Assembly: GCA_001179505.1 (NCBI GenBank)
Contig: CDMY01000321.1
Coordinates: 58,687 to 122,686 of the forward strand
Origin: Vitrella brassicaformis CCMP3155
Taxonomy: Eukaryota > Protista > Chromerida
Reading direction: 5' to 3'
DNA: 64,000 bases
The notes under the pieces were generated by a model. It made no database searches. It was not told the origin of the DNA and saw only the letters and a list, made by a program, of their open reading frames with translations. Position 1 is the first letter of the stretch. Each line of letters starts with the position of its first letter. Both the position numbers and the translations under genes were made by a program. Below are positions 24,237-36,937 of the stretch, in pieces.

Positions 24237-25803
24237 TCAGTCATCATCGCCGTATGACCTGGGTATTTGTGGCCCATCGCCAATGTGCATCCCCACGCCC
24301 TCCGATATCAGGGGGATCTGGGGCAATCTGAAGGACGACAACAAACCCACNNNNNNNNNNNNNNNNNNNNNNNNNNNNNNNNNNNNNNNNNNNNNNNNNN
24401 NNNNNNNNNNNNNNNNNNNNNNNNNNNNNNNNNNNNNNNNNNNNNNNNNNNNNNNNNNNNNNNNNNNNNNNNNNNNNNNNNNNNNNNNNNNNNNNNNNNN
24501 NNNNNNNNNNNNNNNNNNNNNNNNNNNNNNNNNNNNNNNNNNNNNNNNNNNNNNNNNNNNNNNNNNNNNNNNNNNNNNNNNNNNNNNNNNNNNNNNNNNN
24601 NNNNNNNNNNNNNNNNNNNNNNNNNNNNNNNNNNNNNNNNNNNNNNNNNNCCCCCACACACACACAGAGTTGGGCAGGCGGCTCATTCTGGTGGTCATGT
24701 CATGCTCACCCTCCCATGACAGCGGTGACGATGCAGTTGCCAATCATGAGCAGCGAGCCCATGACGATGGTCAGGATCAGCACCTCGTTGAGCATCGAGT
24801 CGTCCAGCGGGTTGAACCCCAGCATGCGAAAGTAAAACAGCGCAAAGAAGTACTGGAACATCGTGATGATCAAACTCTGTGTGGCCACACAGCACACACA
24901 CACAGCACACAACCACACACACAGGAATGGAAAGGACACGAGCACAGCACACAAAGAGCGACACCTTCTCACTCACATACGCAACCACATTACCTGCATG
25001 ACGTTGTATCTGACGAAGTAGGGGAACTTGATTTTGCTGTTCTTGCGGATGACCACGAAGTACGCGCCCATGAAAAGGAAGAAGGGCAGCAGGGGGATGG
25101 CCGTGTAGTAAAAGGCCGCCCGGCCCACCACACCCATAATCGACTCCAGGCCAGGAAACCGAAACATCAGCGGCTGGATGAAGGCCTGGATGGAAACCAA
25201 CACACACAAGGACAAGGAAGGACACACAACACTCACCCAGACGTCAGTCACGATGTGCAGCCGGCCGGTAGGATCTTTCTGTGTGACCTGCAGTGTGTCC
25301 ATGAGAGGCATCGCATAAGTCCCGGCAGCCAGCAGCCGGTGCAGGATGGTGATCTTCTCCTCGCCCTTCTTATCCCCCCCAGAAGCCAGACCCAGAGCCA
25401 TCAGCCTCGACAAAGGACCCCTCCTCTCGCCGTCACCAGCAGCCCCAGCAACCCCAACAGGCACCCCCGCCGCCCTATACATCCTCTGCAGCGGACTCAT
25501 CTGCATCTGCCGCACGTGTGGCGGCGGCCTCACAGCTCCGAATAGCCTCCCTGGCGCCGGCATGAACGCCTCGGCTGCCCTGGACAAGCCATCGATGAGA
25601 CCGGACGGCTCGGCGTCAGATCTGTGGGCGTGCGGCGGATCTCTCCATTGCTTGGACCGATGGACGTGCAGCGTGTGTGAGGGGGTGACGCCTTGCGAGG
25701 AGATGAGGAGGAGGCAGCACAGCACAATGTGGGAGGGAGATGCAGCTTGCACTGATAAGGACAGCAGAGATCTCGAAACAGCGGCGTCCGCCATCTTGAA
25801 CAT
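24237..25803 (-). CDS. TIC20: Tic20-like plastid inner-envelope translocon protein with N-terminal targeting extension; last intron spans the gap
   Basis: RLLAAGTYAMPLMD, FFLFMGAYFVVIRKN..FVRYNVMQSLII, C-terminal GLPQIPLISEGV. Splice GG|A restores the frame across the N-run. Confidence 0.83.
24351..24650. other. Assembly gap (300 N placeholder)
   Basis: Run of N. Confidence 1.
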
Positions 25804-25851
25804 CGCTTGTTTGTCGTTCCAAAAGCCTCTTGAGCCAGGGAGGAGAATCCG

Positions 25852-25869
25852 ACCCTACTTCTGCGAGCT
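25852..25869 (+). promoter_or_regulatory. ACCCTACTTCTGCGAGCT motif in Tic20 / membrane protein divergent spacer
   Basis: 18 nt identical to 7221-7238. Confidence 0.6.
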
Positions 25870-26118
25870 CAGCCGTTGGCAAAGGGACGTAAGGTATCCT
25901 CTGAGAGGGCGTCCAAGCGTACCGTGCTGCAGCGATGCCGAGGCGTGCGTGGCCTTCCAACCTCAAAACATCCTCGTCGATGGCGGCGAGATAGCTAGAG
26001 AGAGCGCTGCCAAGGACTGCGGGGGTCCTTCTCCTGCTCTTGTGCGCTTTCCAAGGCCTCCCACGACACGGCGGGCTGGCGCGCGTATTTTCGGGTTTCG
26101 TCGTCGCAGATTTTCTCA

Positions 26119-28005
26119 ATGCGATTACACCTAGTGCGGTGGGAGACGGTGTTGGCTCTGGCTGCGTGGCTGGCGGTTGTTAGTGCTGCTCCTGATGCGT
26201 CTGTCAAAGTCCTCTACACCAGGGGCGCTGCGCCAGGTACACAGACTCACACACGGGAAAGATGCAGATGCAGATCATCGCCCATCTCATCTGATGCCCT
26301 CTCTCCTCTCCCTTTGCAGGCGGTCAAGTTCTCGTGACGTGGAATCCCTTTGCCCTTTTCCCCAACGACTTCGTGTCCGTCCGGCTGATCAGCGCCTCCA
26401 ACATCGACAGCTTCACCTCCTCCCGCGACGGCATCGCATCATCGGCCATCTCGTCCGAGAAGCTAACGCGCAATGACGGGCAGTTCGAGCTGAAGCTGCC
26501 CTACTCGGTCAGGGAGGGCTCTTACGTCGTGGCCGTCTCCTCGCCCTCGCGCCACGGCGCCTACGGCGCCAGCAGGAAGCCCAGCGTGTCGGCGGCTTTC
26601 GAAGTGCACAGCTCGGGGTTCAGCCACACGCCGCTCACCGAGGCGCCTTACGTGCCCTTCAGGCCGGGGGCTGACTACGAGGAGCGGAGGGAGCGGAGAG
26701 AGCGGGAGAGGGAGAAGGAGAGTGAGGAGGGCAAGAAGGAGACGACCGCGCGGCCGACGATGCCCGAGGGGTCGACCATTATCTTGACCGAGCCGACGAG
26801 TCAGCTCTACGTGTCGGCTGAGAGCGTGCCTGTCCGGTGGAGCACTCTGCCATGTGCGTGAGGCGGGCAAGCCATGGCACCCGATGGATGGATGGATGGC
26901 TGGATGTGTGTGTGTGTGCGTTTGTGTGTGCGCAGCGTACAAGGGTCCGATCGAGCTGGAGGTGTGGAAGGCGCGTGATCCTCGGCGGCCGGGCAACGGC
27001 TCCGACAGGGTGGCCTTCTACCACGTGGCCAACACGGGCGCCATGGACCTCAACATGGCCAACACCGCCTGTGAAGGTCCGTCCGTTTCTTCACCACCTG
27101 CTCACCCCACCCTCTCTCCATCATCTGTGTCCCTCTTCTCTCTCTGCCTCAGGTTATTACTACCTGGTTATCCGGCAGGGGGCGCATCCGCGGGACGAGG
27201 CCAAGTCCCGCAGCTTCCAGCTCGACACACGTGGCCGGTGGTCGAACGCCGACAGAGACCCCTCATCATCTTGTCAGATCGAGCCACGGCTCAAGCAGAA
27301 GCGGGCGCAGGGTGCCGACGGCGAGGACGGCGGATACGAGGAGGACGATTCGGCGTCGAAGTGGACCGACTGGTTCCAGTTCGAGTGGCTCAAGGAGTGG
27401 TGGGGGAAGCTCTCGAGGTGGCAGCCGTCGCCCACCGAGGTGGTGTACATTGTGACGGGTGCGGTGGTGGCCGTGGCGCTCGTGACATTCCTCGTCATGT
27501 GCTGCTGCTCGTGCTGCCGCAGCAAACGCTTCACCGCATACGCGGAAAACTGCCACCCAAACCAGGTAGGTACAGGCACTGAGTCAGGGTGTGTTACGAA
27601 CTTTCCTCACTTGTCTGTCTGTGCGTGCAGAGGAGGTCTCGTCGGCGGCGGCGGTCATCGACCGGCCGTTCCACCCGGCAGTCGTCTGTGGCCACGACCG
27701 CATCATCATCGCAGCCCAGCCCCCAGCCCGTCCCCTTCCCCTCCCCCATGCTGGATCCCGAACACGAGCCCTCGCCCCGGGCCAGACCCACGCCCCTCCC
27801 CCTCCCCAGCGCCCCCCCACCCGACACACCCCTGGCTGCCATACATGACGCGCAGGCCATGGCCGCCTACCACTCTGCAAGTCCGCCGCCGTCTTCGCCA
27901 TCGGTGTATGAGGCTGAGCCCGAGGATCCCGATGTCGAGACGTGTCGAGTGGCGGTGAGAGGCCATAATGGTGGTGGTGGTGGGCCGAGGGCTGTCATGA
28001 TATAG
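26119..28005 (+). CDS. Type I membrane protein: signal peptide, two beta-rich Ig-like (Kre9/Knh1-N-like) modules, TM, Cys cluster, Pro/Ser-rich tail
   Basis: MRLHLVRWETVLALAAWLAVVSA signal. Two modules begin GGQVLVTW and AESVPVRW. TM VVYIVTGAVVAVALVTFLVM followed by CCCSCC. Confidence 0.75.
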
Positions 28006-30546
28006 CAGGGGTGAGTTTGGTTTGGACGGGCGGTGGCTTGCGGGCTTTTTTTCGTGTTTTTTGTTTTTGGTTTCGTGTCTTGGTTTGGATTGGGGTGTGT
28101 TTATGGTGTGGTACGGTGGTTGGGTGCTGCGTGTGTGTTATTTAATGTTACGGCGGGCGGTGGTGGTGGTGGTGTGTGTGTGTGTGTGGTGGTCTGCTGT
28201 GGCGGAGCGGCGATGTGCCCTTCCCTGATGAATTGCGTACAATGTCCATCCCCCTGCTGCTGAAGCACACGCGACTTACTATTGCTTGCTGGCGGCCAAG
28301 TATGTCCCCGCGTACGTACGTTTGTATGTGTGTCTGCCGCCCTGTATTTATCCCTATCCCCATGTCTGTCTGGCTCTGTGTCTTCTCTGCCCATCTGCCG
28401 GTTTGTGTGTGTATGTGAATTAAGTAACGGGGAGCGGCAATAATCGAAAGAGGTTCACTTGACGCTCCGGCTGGCTGCTGATGCTGTATAGCCATTATAG
28501 CCAATTCCACTCGCACACACACGGACCAATACACACACACACACACACCCCTCTGTTGATAGCTACCTCCCTGCATGAGCGAGTGGATGGATGGATGGAT
28601 GGGCGACAGCAGCTGACGAGAGAGTGCGTGTGTGTATTTTCAGCGAACCAACGCACCGTGGCACACGCACATACAGGGAGGGAGGGGATCCATATGCGTG
28701 TGCGGTTTTTCGTGTGCCCGTCTCGTGGTTGCATCCCATACCATCCATGTGTTTCTCTTTTTTTGACAGATGATGTGTGGTGGTGACATGATTGTCGCAT
28801 GCGGATCGGATCGTGTCATTGCAATCAATGCGTGTTTTCGTGAATGAATGGATGGATGGATGGATGGGTGGATGGGTGGATGCATTTGAGCGGATTTGCG
28901 CCGGGTGCGTGGTTGCGTGTACAGTCCATCACACTCGCTGACCCACTGGCTGCCTGCCTGACTGACTGCCTGACTGACTCCCCTCCCTCCCTCTGTGTGT
29001 AGAGACCCCCCCAACCGGATGTGGACACCCCCCTGTGTGAGTGCGTGTGATGCCATCGTATCAACACGGTTAACCGAAGCTTTTCTGTCCATCGAGGCCA
29101 GGCCTCGACAGAACATTTCATTCATCGACCCTTACGTAGACAGGAACCTTCCCCTAATTTGCAAGCACATGGGTCACGAACTGCCATGCACAGGCAGCAG
29201 AAATGCGCTGTGCATGCACCACAAATACACTCACAGAAGAGGGAAATCTCAGTCAGCGGACAGACAGGCAAACGTCTCGACAGCCACACGGGCAGGGACA
29301 CACGAGCGGTCGGAGACACCCACACCACACACTGCCAGTGTGGCTGGGCGCCTGCCTCATCCATGGCGTCTGGCGAGCCGCCCAGCCACACTGACAACAC
29401 CACACCAATGGACGCACACAATACACACAAAAATACACACATACATCCATCCATCCATCAATTCCCAGGGCAAATGCACACAGAGTAGGACATATCGGCT
29501 ACACCATCAAACCACCCACGAGAAGCACCCATCCACCACCACGTCACGCACTTCTTGTCCCCATGTGCTTGTCCCCATGTGCTCCATCCATTTATCCACA
29601 CAGGCAAGCAGGTCGAAAAAGCTGCCCAGCCGAACAAACGGCCTCCCCCCACCCTCACACGGAAGCAACTACCCCACAGCCACTCAATGCTCCCAGACAC
29701 CAGGGAGAGACGGCACGCATACTCACAGACACAAGCCGCTACCGCATACAGAACAAACACACACTCACGCACACACGCGTCCACGCACGCACGAGTAGGA
29801 ATTGTACGTTCATCCATGGCTCAGCCCGATGGAAATCATCTCCTGCGTTAGGTCGGTCGAGAGAGCTGCCCAAAAAAGCTCGCTCTACCGACAGTCAGAC
29901 GATACATTAGTTTGTGGCCCCTTCCTTCCACGCTGCGTGCATCCCCAAACACACACATGCATTGCAGCCATTTAATGCAACCAAAAAGTGCGGCCGGGAA
30001 TAGCTAGAGGCACGGCAAACGGACGGCAACCGAACGCGGGCTACATAGGAAGACGGTAGAATGAATCAAGTCTCGCGTGAGCACACAGCGTCCATCCATC
30101 TCTCTCGGCACACAGGCTTTTGTACCCAATCCATGGTCACGCACACACATGACAACACATGCGTGTCCCTATATGCCAGGCAGGCAGGCAGGCGGACAAG
30201 CAGGCACGGACAGGTCGAGCGAGCAAGAATCGGCATGCATTGCTCCTTTCCTGAGGGACACCACTTCCTCAGTTTGGTCGAAAAAGCTGATGTCTAGAAC
30301 AATCGATAGTCGACAAATGCCCTCCCCAGCAGCCACTCGTTCAATGCAACCAAACACCGGAGGAATAAACAGCACGTCAAACGGCACCAAAGTGAACGCC
30401 GGGCCAGGCAGACGGGCAATGGAGGGAAACAAACCCGGCCAGCGCAGCCACTCTACTGCATCGCCACGAACGAATCGCATGCTCATACGGACACACGCCG
30501 CTACCGCAGCCACACGCAACACTCAACACAAGACCGTGCAAGACCG

Positions 30547-33500
30547 TCAGCCCCAGGAAAAGGCACATTCGTGGATGCATTCGTGATTCACTCGCTCTCT
30601 TTCTCTCTCCCTCTCTCTGCCCGCTGGCCGGGCGACCATCTCTGTCTGCCTGCATCGACTTGCCGCGAAGCGCACGAGCACTCCACCTACGTCGACAACC
30701 GACAGCAGCAGAGCCGACAGAGTGACGGACGGCACCGCATTGGCGTAGATCCCGTCGCTGCTGCTCAGGAACACTGTCAAGAGCTGACCACACCACAACA
30801 CCAAAAGCAAAGAGAAATGGATGCACGATTGTGTGGGTCTTCATTGACTCGCCCACTTGCAGCGTAAGCATGGGCAAGTACCCGACGAGGGACATCAGCT
30901 CCAGGGATGCAAACGCAGTGCTCTTCACGGGAATGGAGAAGGCCTTGCCACCCAACTTGCTCCAACATAGGTGAAGGACACCAATCGAGAAGAAGCCGCC
31001 GAACAGAATGTAGACGAGCCCTGTGCCGTCGTCGTCCGCCTCCGGTGCCGCTGTCGACAATCCCGTGGCGTGAAGAGTGCCTTTCTGCTCCTTCCGATCC
31101 TTCCCCTTTGCCCCCGCCGTCTCGCCCTTGTGCTGTGGTGGTGGCACAGGGAGCACCAGTGCGGGTGCAGACTCGGTCTGCTGGGGCCAAAGGCGCGGCA
31201 ACGGCATGACGCCTTCTGCTGTTGCTCTAGTGGGCATGTCGGGGATGGACTCGACGCCCTCCTCAGGCAGGTCCCTGTCGCCAGCATGGGGGCCCGCGCC
31301 AGGCATGTCATCGAACGGCCAACCAAAGACGGCGTCCGACGAGACGGCACTCAGAGGGAAGGAGGGGCAGTAGGGCAAGGCACTGTGGCCATTGTCGTCC
31401 CCCCACTCCGTGTCGATGTGGATCATCACCGATGTGGGCATGTCTTCCGCGACCCATGTGACAGACCGCTTGGGAGGTGGGGGCTGGTGCTGGTAGGTTT
31501 GGGCTGCAGATTGGTCGCGGGAGATGGTGGAGGCCTTGGTCGTCTGTCTGCTGGTGGTGCCGCGCGTCGGGTGTCGAGAAAAGGTGCGCGCATAGGACGG
31601 GTGGACCGTCACCTACACATACACACACGGATACACACCAGACGCAGTGGGCTTCATGCATTGCTCTCACCCAGGAAATGTTGTATCCGACTACAGTGGC
31701 CTCATTGAAGATGACTAGAAGACAGAAGTGCCCCGTGGCCACCCAGAACAGCCAGCCCGAATGATCCGTACGAAACAGAGACACCACCAAGACAACTGCA
31801 GCCAACGAAACCAAGACGCAATCCAGAGACAACAAACGTTAAATTCGATCACCAACTGTGCAGGCTGACCGTGGGTAATGGTGCCGAGGGCCGCGAGGGC
31901 TGCCGCGACCACTCGCCAGATGACCGTATTCGGAGCCGTCTTCTTCTTGTGGCGAGCATACGAAAACACGAAGAAGAGCAGCAGGACCGCGGCCGCGAGA
32001 AACATGAATACGTATGGATTGACCTGCACGGCACGGCGACACGATAAAGGGATGCCCTCAATTCGCTTGCGTGCGCTGAGTGCATGTGTGTGTATGGGTG
32101 CGTACAACAATGGGGCAGCTATGGCCATACAGCATCCAGATGGGGGACATTTTCAGCACGAGCAGCGACAGCGATGAGTATCTTGCCCTATAGTGATCCA
32201 TACTGCATTCGTAGCCCTGGGCTGGACACACACAGAATGAGAAGTCGCCTGCCTTTTCTCATTTCTGCGGTAGAGGGTGTACCGATGAGCGTGGTTGGAC
32301 ACAGCCGCGGCCCCGACACCGCAATGGGCTCAACCTGCAGACGTCGTGATAGGAAGGAAAGAGCTGCATCAGTCAATCGAGCGAAGCATTATGAGCGTAC
32401 GGACCCACCTGGTCTAGACACCACTGAGTCACATCCTTCCAGAGGAGGCACTTATACTGTGTCGAGGTGAATGCCTCGCACTCCGGCTCTTCGACACACT
32501 AAGAGACGAGAACAAAGAGCGGATGAGTGACCATGCGCAAACGGGTTTGTGTAGCTGATCATACCAATTCTTGACAGTACACGGGCGGGTACCACAGCCT
32601 GAAAACACAGACAAGAATGAACGTGGATGTGGACGCGAAACGGCGCCTATCAACGTATGTGTTGTTCTCACAGATCCATATTGGCAATCATGATGGATGA
32701 GGTGGGGCTCGGCTGCACGCCAGGATGGTCTGATGAAACACCAACAGAAAGCAACGCCATGTGCGCGCGCGGCTAGCTGTAGATTTTGCTCACAGCATCC
32801 ACAATTGTCCACGCCGACGCGGGACAAATTGTTGGCACGGACGACGTATCGCAACGGCTGAATCAAGAATGGCGGCGGGCCGATGTCACCTCGATGGAAT
32901 GAGCGCTCCTCCGGTGTCCCGCTCTTGCCCGCAGCTCGCGCGTCAGGCCCGGTAGGCAGCCCCCAATAGAGAGACGGGTCGGCAGGCATCAGGTGCATGC
33001 CGTCCTTGGTGAGAGGGGGGAGAGGCGGGGGAGGGAATGTTGCTCTTGGCGCGGGGCCGCAGTCGTGGCCCTGTAATACCCAGACATCCACACGTGTGCC
33101 GCGACGCTCTGTCTGTGTCAAGGTGTTCATGTTCCCTCTTCACACGTACCTCTACCCAGCCCTGAACCAATATAGCAATGATAACGAAGCAATATTATGC
33201 ATTTTGAAATAGTTATAATACCATAATGGCTCCAGCCATGCATATCTTCCGATCCTTTTGGCCGCAGAGTTGGCACACATTCCTGACGACTCGCTCATCT
33301 CGGGGCCATCTGTCGAACCAGGTGAAGGCCACACAGCCGGGGACGCCCTTGCAAAAGCTGTGGCACTCGTTCAGGGTGACATTCTCGATGCCTTCCCGAT
33401 AGTGATGACGAGTGTTAGAGAAAAGGCACGCCATCTGCACAAAGAGATACACACGCACAGACACAGTGGACACATGCCGTGACAGAGGGAATATTGGTTC

Positions 33501-34459
33501 TTCTTTGGGGCCAATGCTCACGTTGTACTCGTAGCAGGGACTCATATGCGCACCTGCAGCAACGAGGGAGGCAAGACAAACACATACGATACATACACAT
33601 GTGCTTTGTCGACGGGTGCGTGTATGTCTGTCTGCTGACCGCGGCTGCAGTCCATTGACCATTTGGCGCCGCTGACGTACCAGTTGACGATGCCATGTTC
33701 ACTTGTCTCCTCTGGCGCAGCACGCCGGCCCGCATCTGAGCTCTTCAGCGAGCACCCGCCTCTCCTCTTGAATGTCCATGCGTTGCAGCGGTCGTACACT
33801 TGACAGCCCCTCTGACAATCGCTGGAGCCATAAAAGGACCGAAACGGGGTGATTGATTTGTCACTCGTCGGCCTGTCTGTCTGTGTGCGTACTAAGGTCG
33901 CGCCACCATGTGGCCCAGCGCATTGACGTCGAAGCCAACACTGGGCGTTTGACCGATCTCGTCTGCGATGCCGATGGTGCTGATGTGGACAGGTTCGCTG
34001 AGGTCGTGGCCCTCGTACTCGATGTCCCTGCACGAAAAAGCTGGATCGAAAAGGACTTAGACGTGCCGTGTGCTGTGTATACCATTCGAAGCAATCCCAA
34101 GAGGCGTTCTCGCGGGGAGGGGGGACTGTGACGTTGGTTGCGCCGAAGCAGACGTCTGCAGCCAACGAACCAGCACACAGACCATCCCACACAGCCGGCA
34201 GATCTATGTGTGGCAGATGTGCTGTCTGCTTGACTGCGCACTGGATCTCCTCCCGGCTGGCGCGCATTCGACGTCTGAATGGCAGGCACAGCATGCAGAT
34301 GTGTGATCATTGATAAGTGATTGATTCGCTTCTCTGCCTCACATCGCTCACAGTACCTTCTGGCCAGCCGCCCCAAGCGTCGTGGCATGTCCCATGAATG
34401 AAAAGAGATGATGCGGCGAGAAGCAAAGGCAACACAGGGTGATGAATGTCGTGCGCCAT
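30547..34459 (-). CDS. PAN/Apple-domain multipass membrane protein, paralog A (3' end approximate)
   Basis: Signal MAHDIHHPVLPLLLAASSLFIHG. Apple motifs DCQRGCQVYDRCNAWTFKRRGGCSLK and ECHSFCKGVPGCVAFTWF. 6-7 hydrophobic segments. Exon structure is largely shared with paralogs B and C. Confidence 0.78.
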
Positions 34460-34678
34460 CGCTTTGGGCCACTAAGTTGTGTTTCAAGGCAATACGGGCT
34501 GTGAAGCAGTGCGTTGAAGTGAAGCCAACGCCATTGAGTGATTGACCCGTGTTCGACTGTACAGACACGAGCCAATCAAGACTGCCACACATGCACGTTC
34601 TCTCTCTCTCTCTCTCTCTACATTCACACAGACATACCCACCGGGCATACATGATGTGTGCCTGTCTGATTGATCTAT

Positions 34679-36641
34679 CTATCCCTCCTCCTCCTCCCCA
34701 TCGGCCTGCGGCTGCCCGTCCACGTCCCTCTCTCCCTCGCCATCGCTATGGCTATCACTCTCGCTTCCGCTGTTGTCGCCCGCGTTGGTGGCCCGATCAT
34801 CCTCACCGCCACCTGGCTGGGGGACCACCTGAATCACACCCGCCTCAACTAACGCTTCCAGCCGCTGCGCATCGACGCGATTCGGTAGGTAGGTGGCGAG
34901 GATTGCGAGGGCCTGAACAAAGACAGCACAGTTTGTGTGTGTGTTTGCGTCGCTTGTCATCACTCCTGCCGTACAGGTTACCCGCACTGCGATGGCCACG
35001 TCGTTGTGTGCCTGCAGCTCGACAATCTTGTCCACACCGCCGGCCTGCACGCGAGAGACAAACGGAAAAAGCAGCCATGTGTGTGTCGGGCGTGGTGTGC
35101 TGTTGTCTCTTGTCCAATTACCTGCTCCAGTAGTGTGCAGTAGGGGTTGTCGGGGAGGCCCTCGTTGGCCTGCTTCTGACGACCCGCACTGCAAAAATGC
35201 CAGAAACAGCAGGCGACCCCTTTGTGTGTTCGTTCATTTGGCTAGTGTTGCTTTACCGTAGTGTCTTGTAGAGCACTAGAAGAGTGGATTGTAGCCCCAT
35301 GAGGTCCTCAGTGGAGGCCTGGAGCAGGTCACAGAGGGGCTGGATGCCGCCACACTCGACCACATACTCAGTCTGAACAAATGAATAAACACTGCGTGTG
35401 GGATGTGTGTCTCACATCGCCAGCTGGTTGGCTGCCACGCACCTGCTGCTGTACTCCTCCGGCTATGTTTCCGACGGTTCTTGCTGCCATCTCCTTGAGC
35501 TCCAGTTCGGTCTCTCCGCTGGCCGCCACGTCGACCAGCAGAGGCACCAGATCACCATCGATGACCGCCTGCCGATGCTCAAAGCTACCTGCAGCCATCC
35601 AGACCTAACAGCACCCCGCACGAGCTGTGCTGTGCTTGATGGGATCCCTCACCTGCAGAGATGACGTACGCTGTGAGGGATGCGACGCACTTCAGCGATG
35701 GCTCGGCCGACTCCAGCAATGCCTTCAGCGAGGCCACCGCGCCACACTCGACCAACACGTCACGGTCAGAATTGGTGCCTGCAGGTCCTGCAGGCAGGCG
35801 AGAGAACAATCAGAGGGAAGCCATGCAGCATTTCGTGTTTGCATGTTTGTTTGCTGACCTTGAGCCTCAGCACAAGCGTTGGCACAGAACCCCCAAAGTG
35901 TCTGAGGGCCCCTCGTGCAGATCGCCGCACGAGCTCGTTCTGCTCAGGCGCGCTGAGGAGACTGACCAGGACGGGCAGGAAACGGCCACTCTCGCCCAGT
36001 GGGACAGGGAGAGGCAGGCCACTCCACAGCTTGCCCAGCAGCTCTCCCCCCATGGCCAGCACCTGGATGCTGCTGCTCTCATTCATCGCCTTCAGCAGCG
36101 GCTCCAGGATACCTACGGCCAGCACGGCATCGATACGGTCCATCGAAGTGTCTGCGATGGATTCCAGGGCACAAATCGCCGGCCCACGCACATCGTCGTG
36201 GAGTGACGCCACCGCCTGTACCAGGCGCGGGACGGCGCCGGCATCGGCCACGGCCTTGGCGTGGTGAATCGCCAGTAGGTTGAGGGAATACGCTGCTAGT
36301 TTCTGCACCTCCTCGCACCCGCCAAGCAGCTCCACCAACACCGGAACCATACCGACGTCGACGGCCCTCTGCCCCATGGCACCCTGCATGTGCTTAATGG
36401 ACAGCAGCCGCACCAGCCGCCGCAGGGCACGGAGCCGAAGTTGCCGATCACTGGCCGAGGCCATCAGGTTGCGGATGTCAGTCAGGACGCTGGCAATGTC
36501 GGCCTCCAGGGCCTCCAGCCCCCGCTGCCTCACCCTCTGGTCGTAGGTCTCTTGCGTGTGGATGGCATCGAACAGCTTGCCCGCCGTGGCCAATGCTGAT
36601 TGGGGTGAGGGCTGGCCACCTGTGCTGCTCGCCGACTCCAT
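34679..36641 (-). CDS. Armadillo-repeat (importin-alpha-like) protein with acidic C-terminal tail
   Basis: Repeated ARM motifs VDVGMVPVLVELL, ADAGAVPRLVQAV, LAVGILEPLL, VECGAVASLKALL, IDGDLVPLLV, VECGGIQPLCDLL. No IBB domain seen. Confidence 0.85.
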
Positions 36642-36897
36642 TGCCTGGGTGCTGCTGCGGAGACCAGTACGCACACACGCAGACGGTGAGAATGACCATG
36701 CCTGTCCATCTTTCATCCTTCTGACCTGTTGCCGTGCTCAGCGGCTCTCTGTTATGGTGCTGAGGGCTACACTACTCTCCCAACTACTCACCCAGCTCCC
36801 GGCGCACACCTGAGAGATCAGATGGATGACAGCACGAAATGAGACAGATATGGGCCGTAAAATGGCTCCCCTAACCATTGTGCATCCAGCAACATTT

Positions 36898-36905
36898 TGC
36901 GAGCT
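36898..36905 (+). promoter_or_regulatory. TGCGAGCT motif in ARM / paralog B divergent spacer
   Basis: Exact octamer. Confidence 0.55.
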
Positions 36906-36937
36906 TCATGATCTTTCGTTAAATTTCTTGTGAGTGT

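Noticed and set aside
34679-36641. Calling the ARM protein importin-alpha
   Set aside because: No N-terminal Arg-rich IBB domain and the repeats are divergent; only a generic ARM call is supported.
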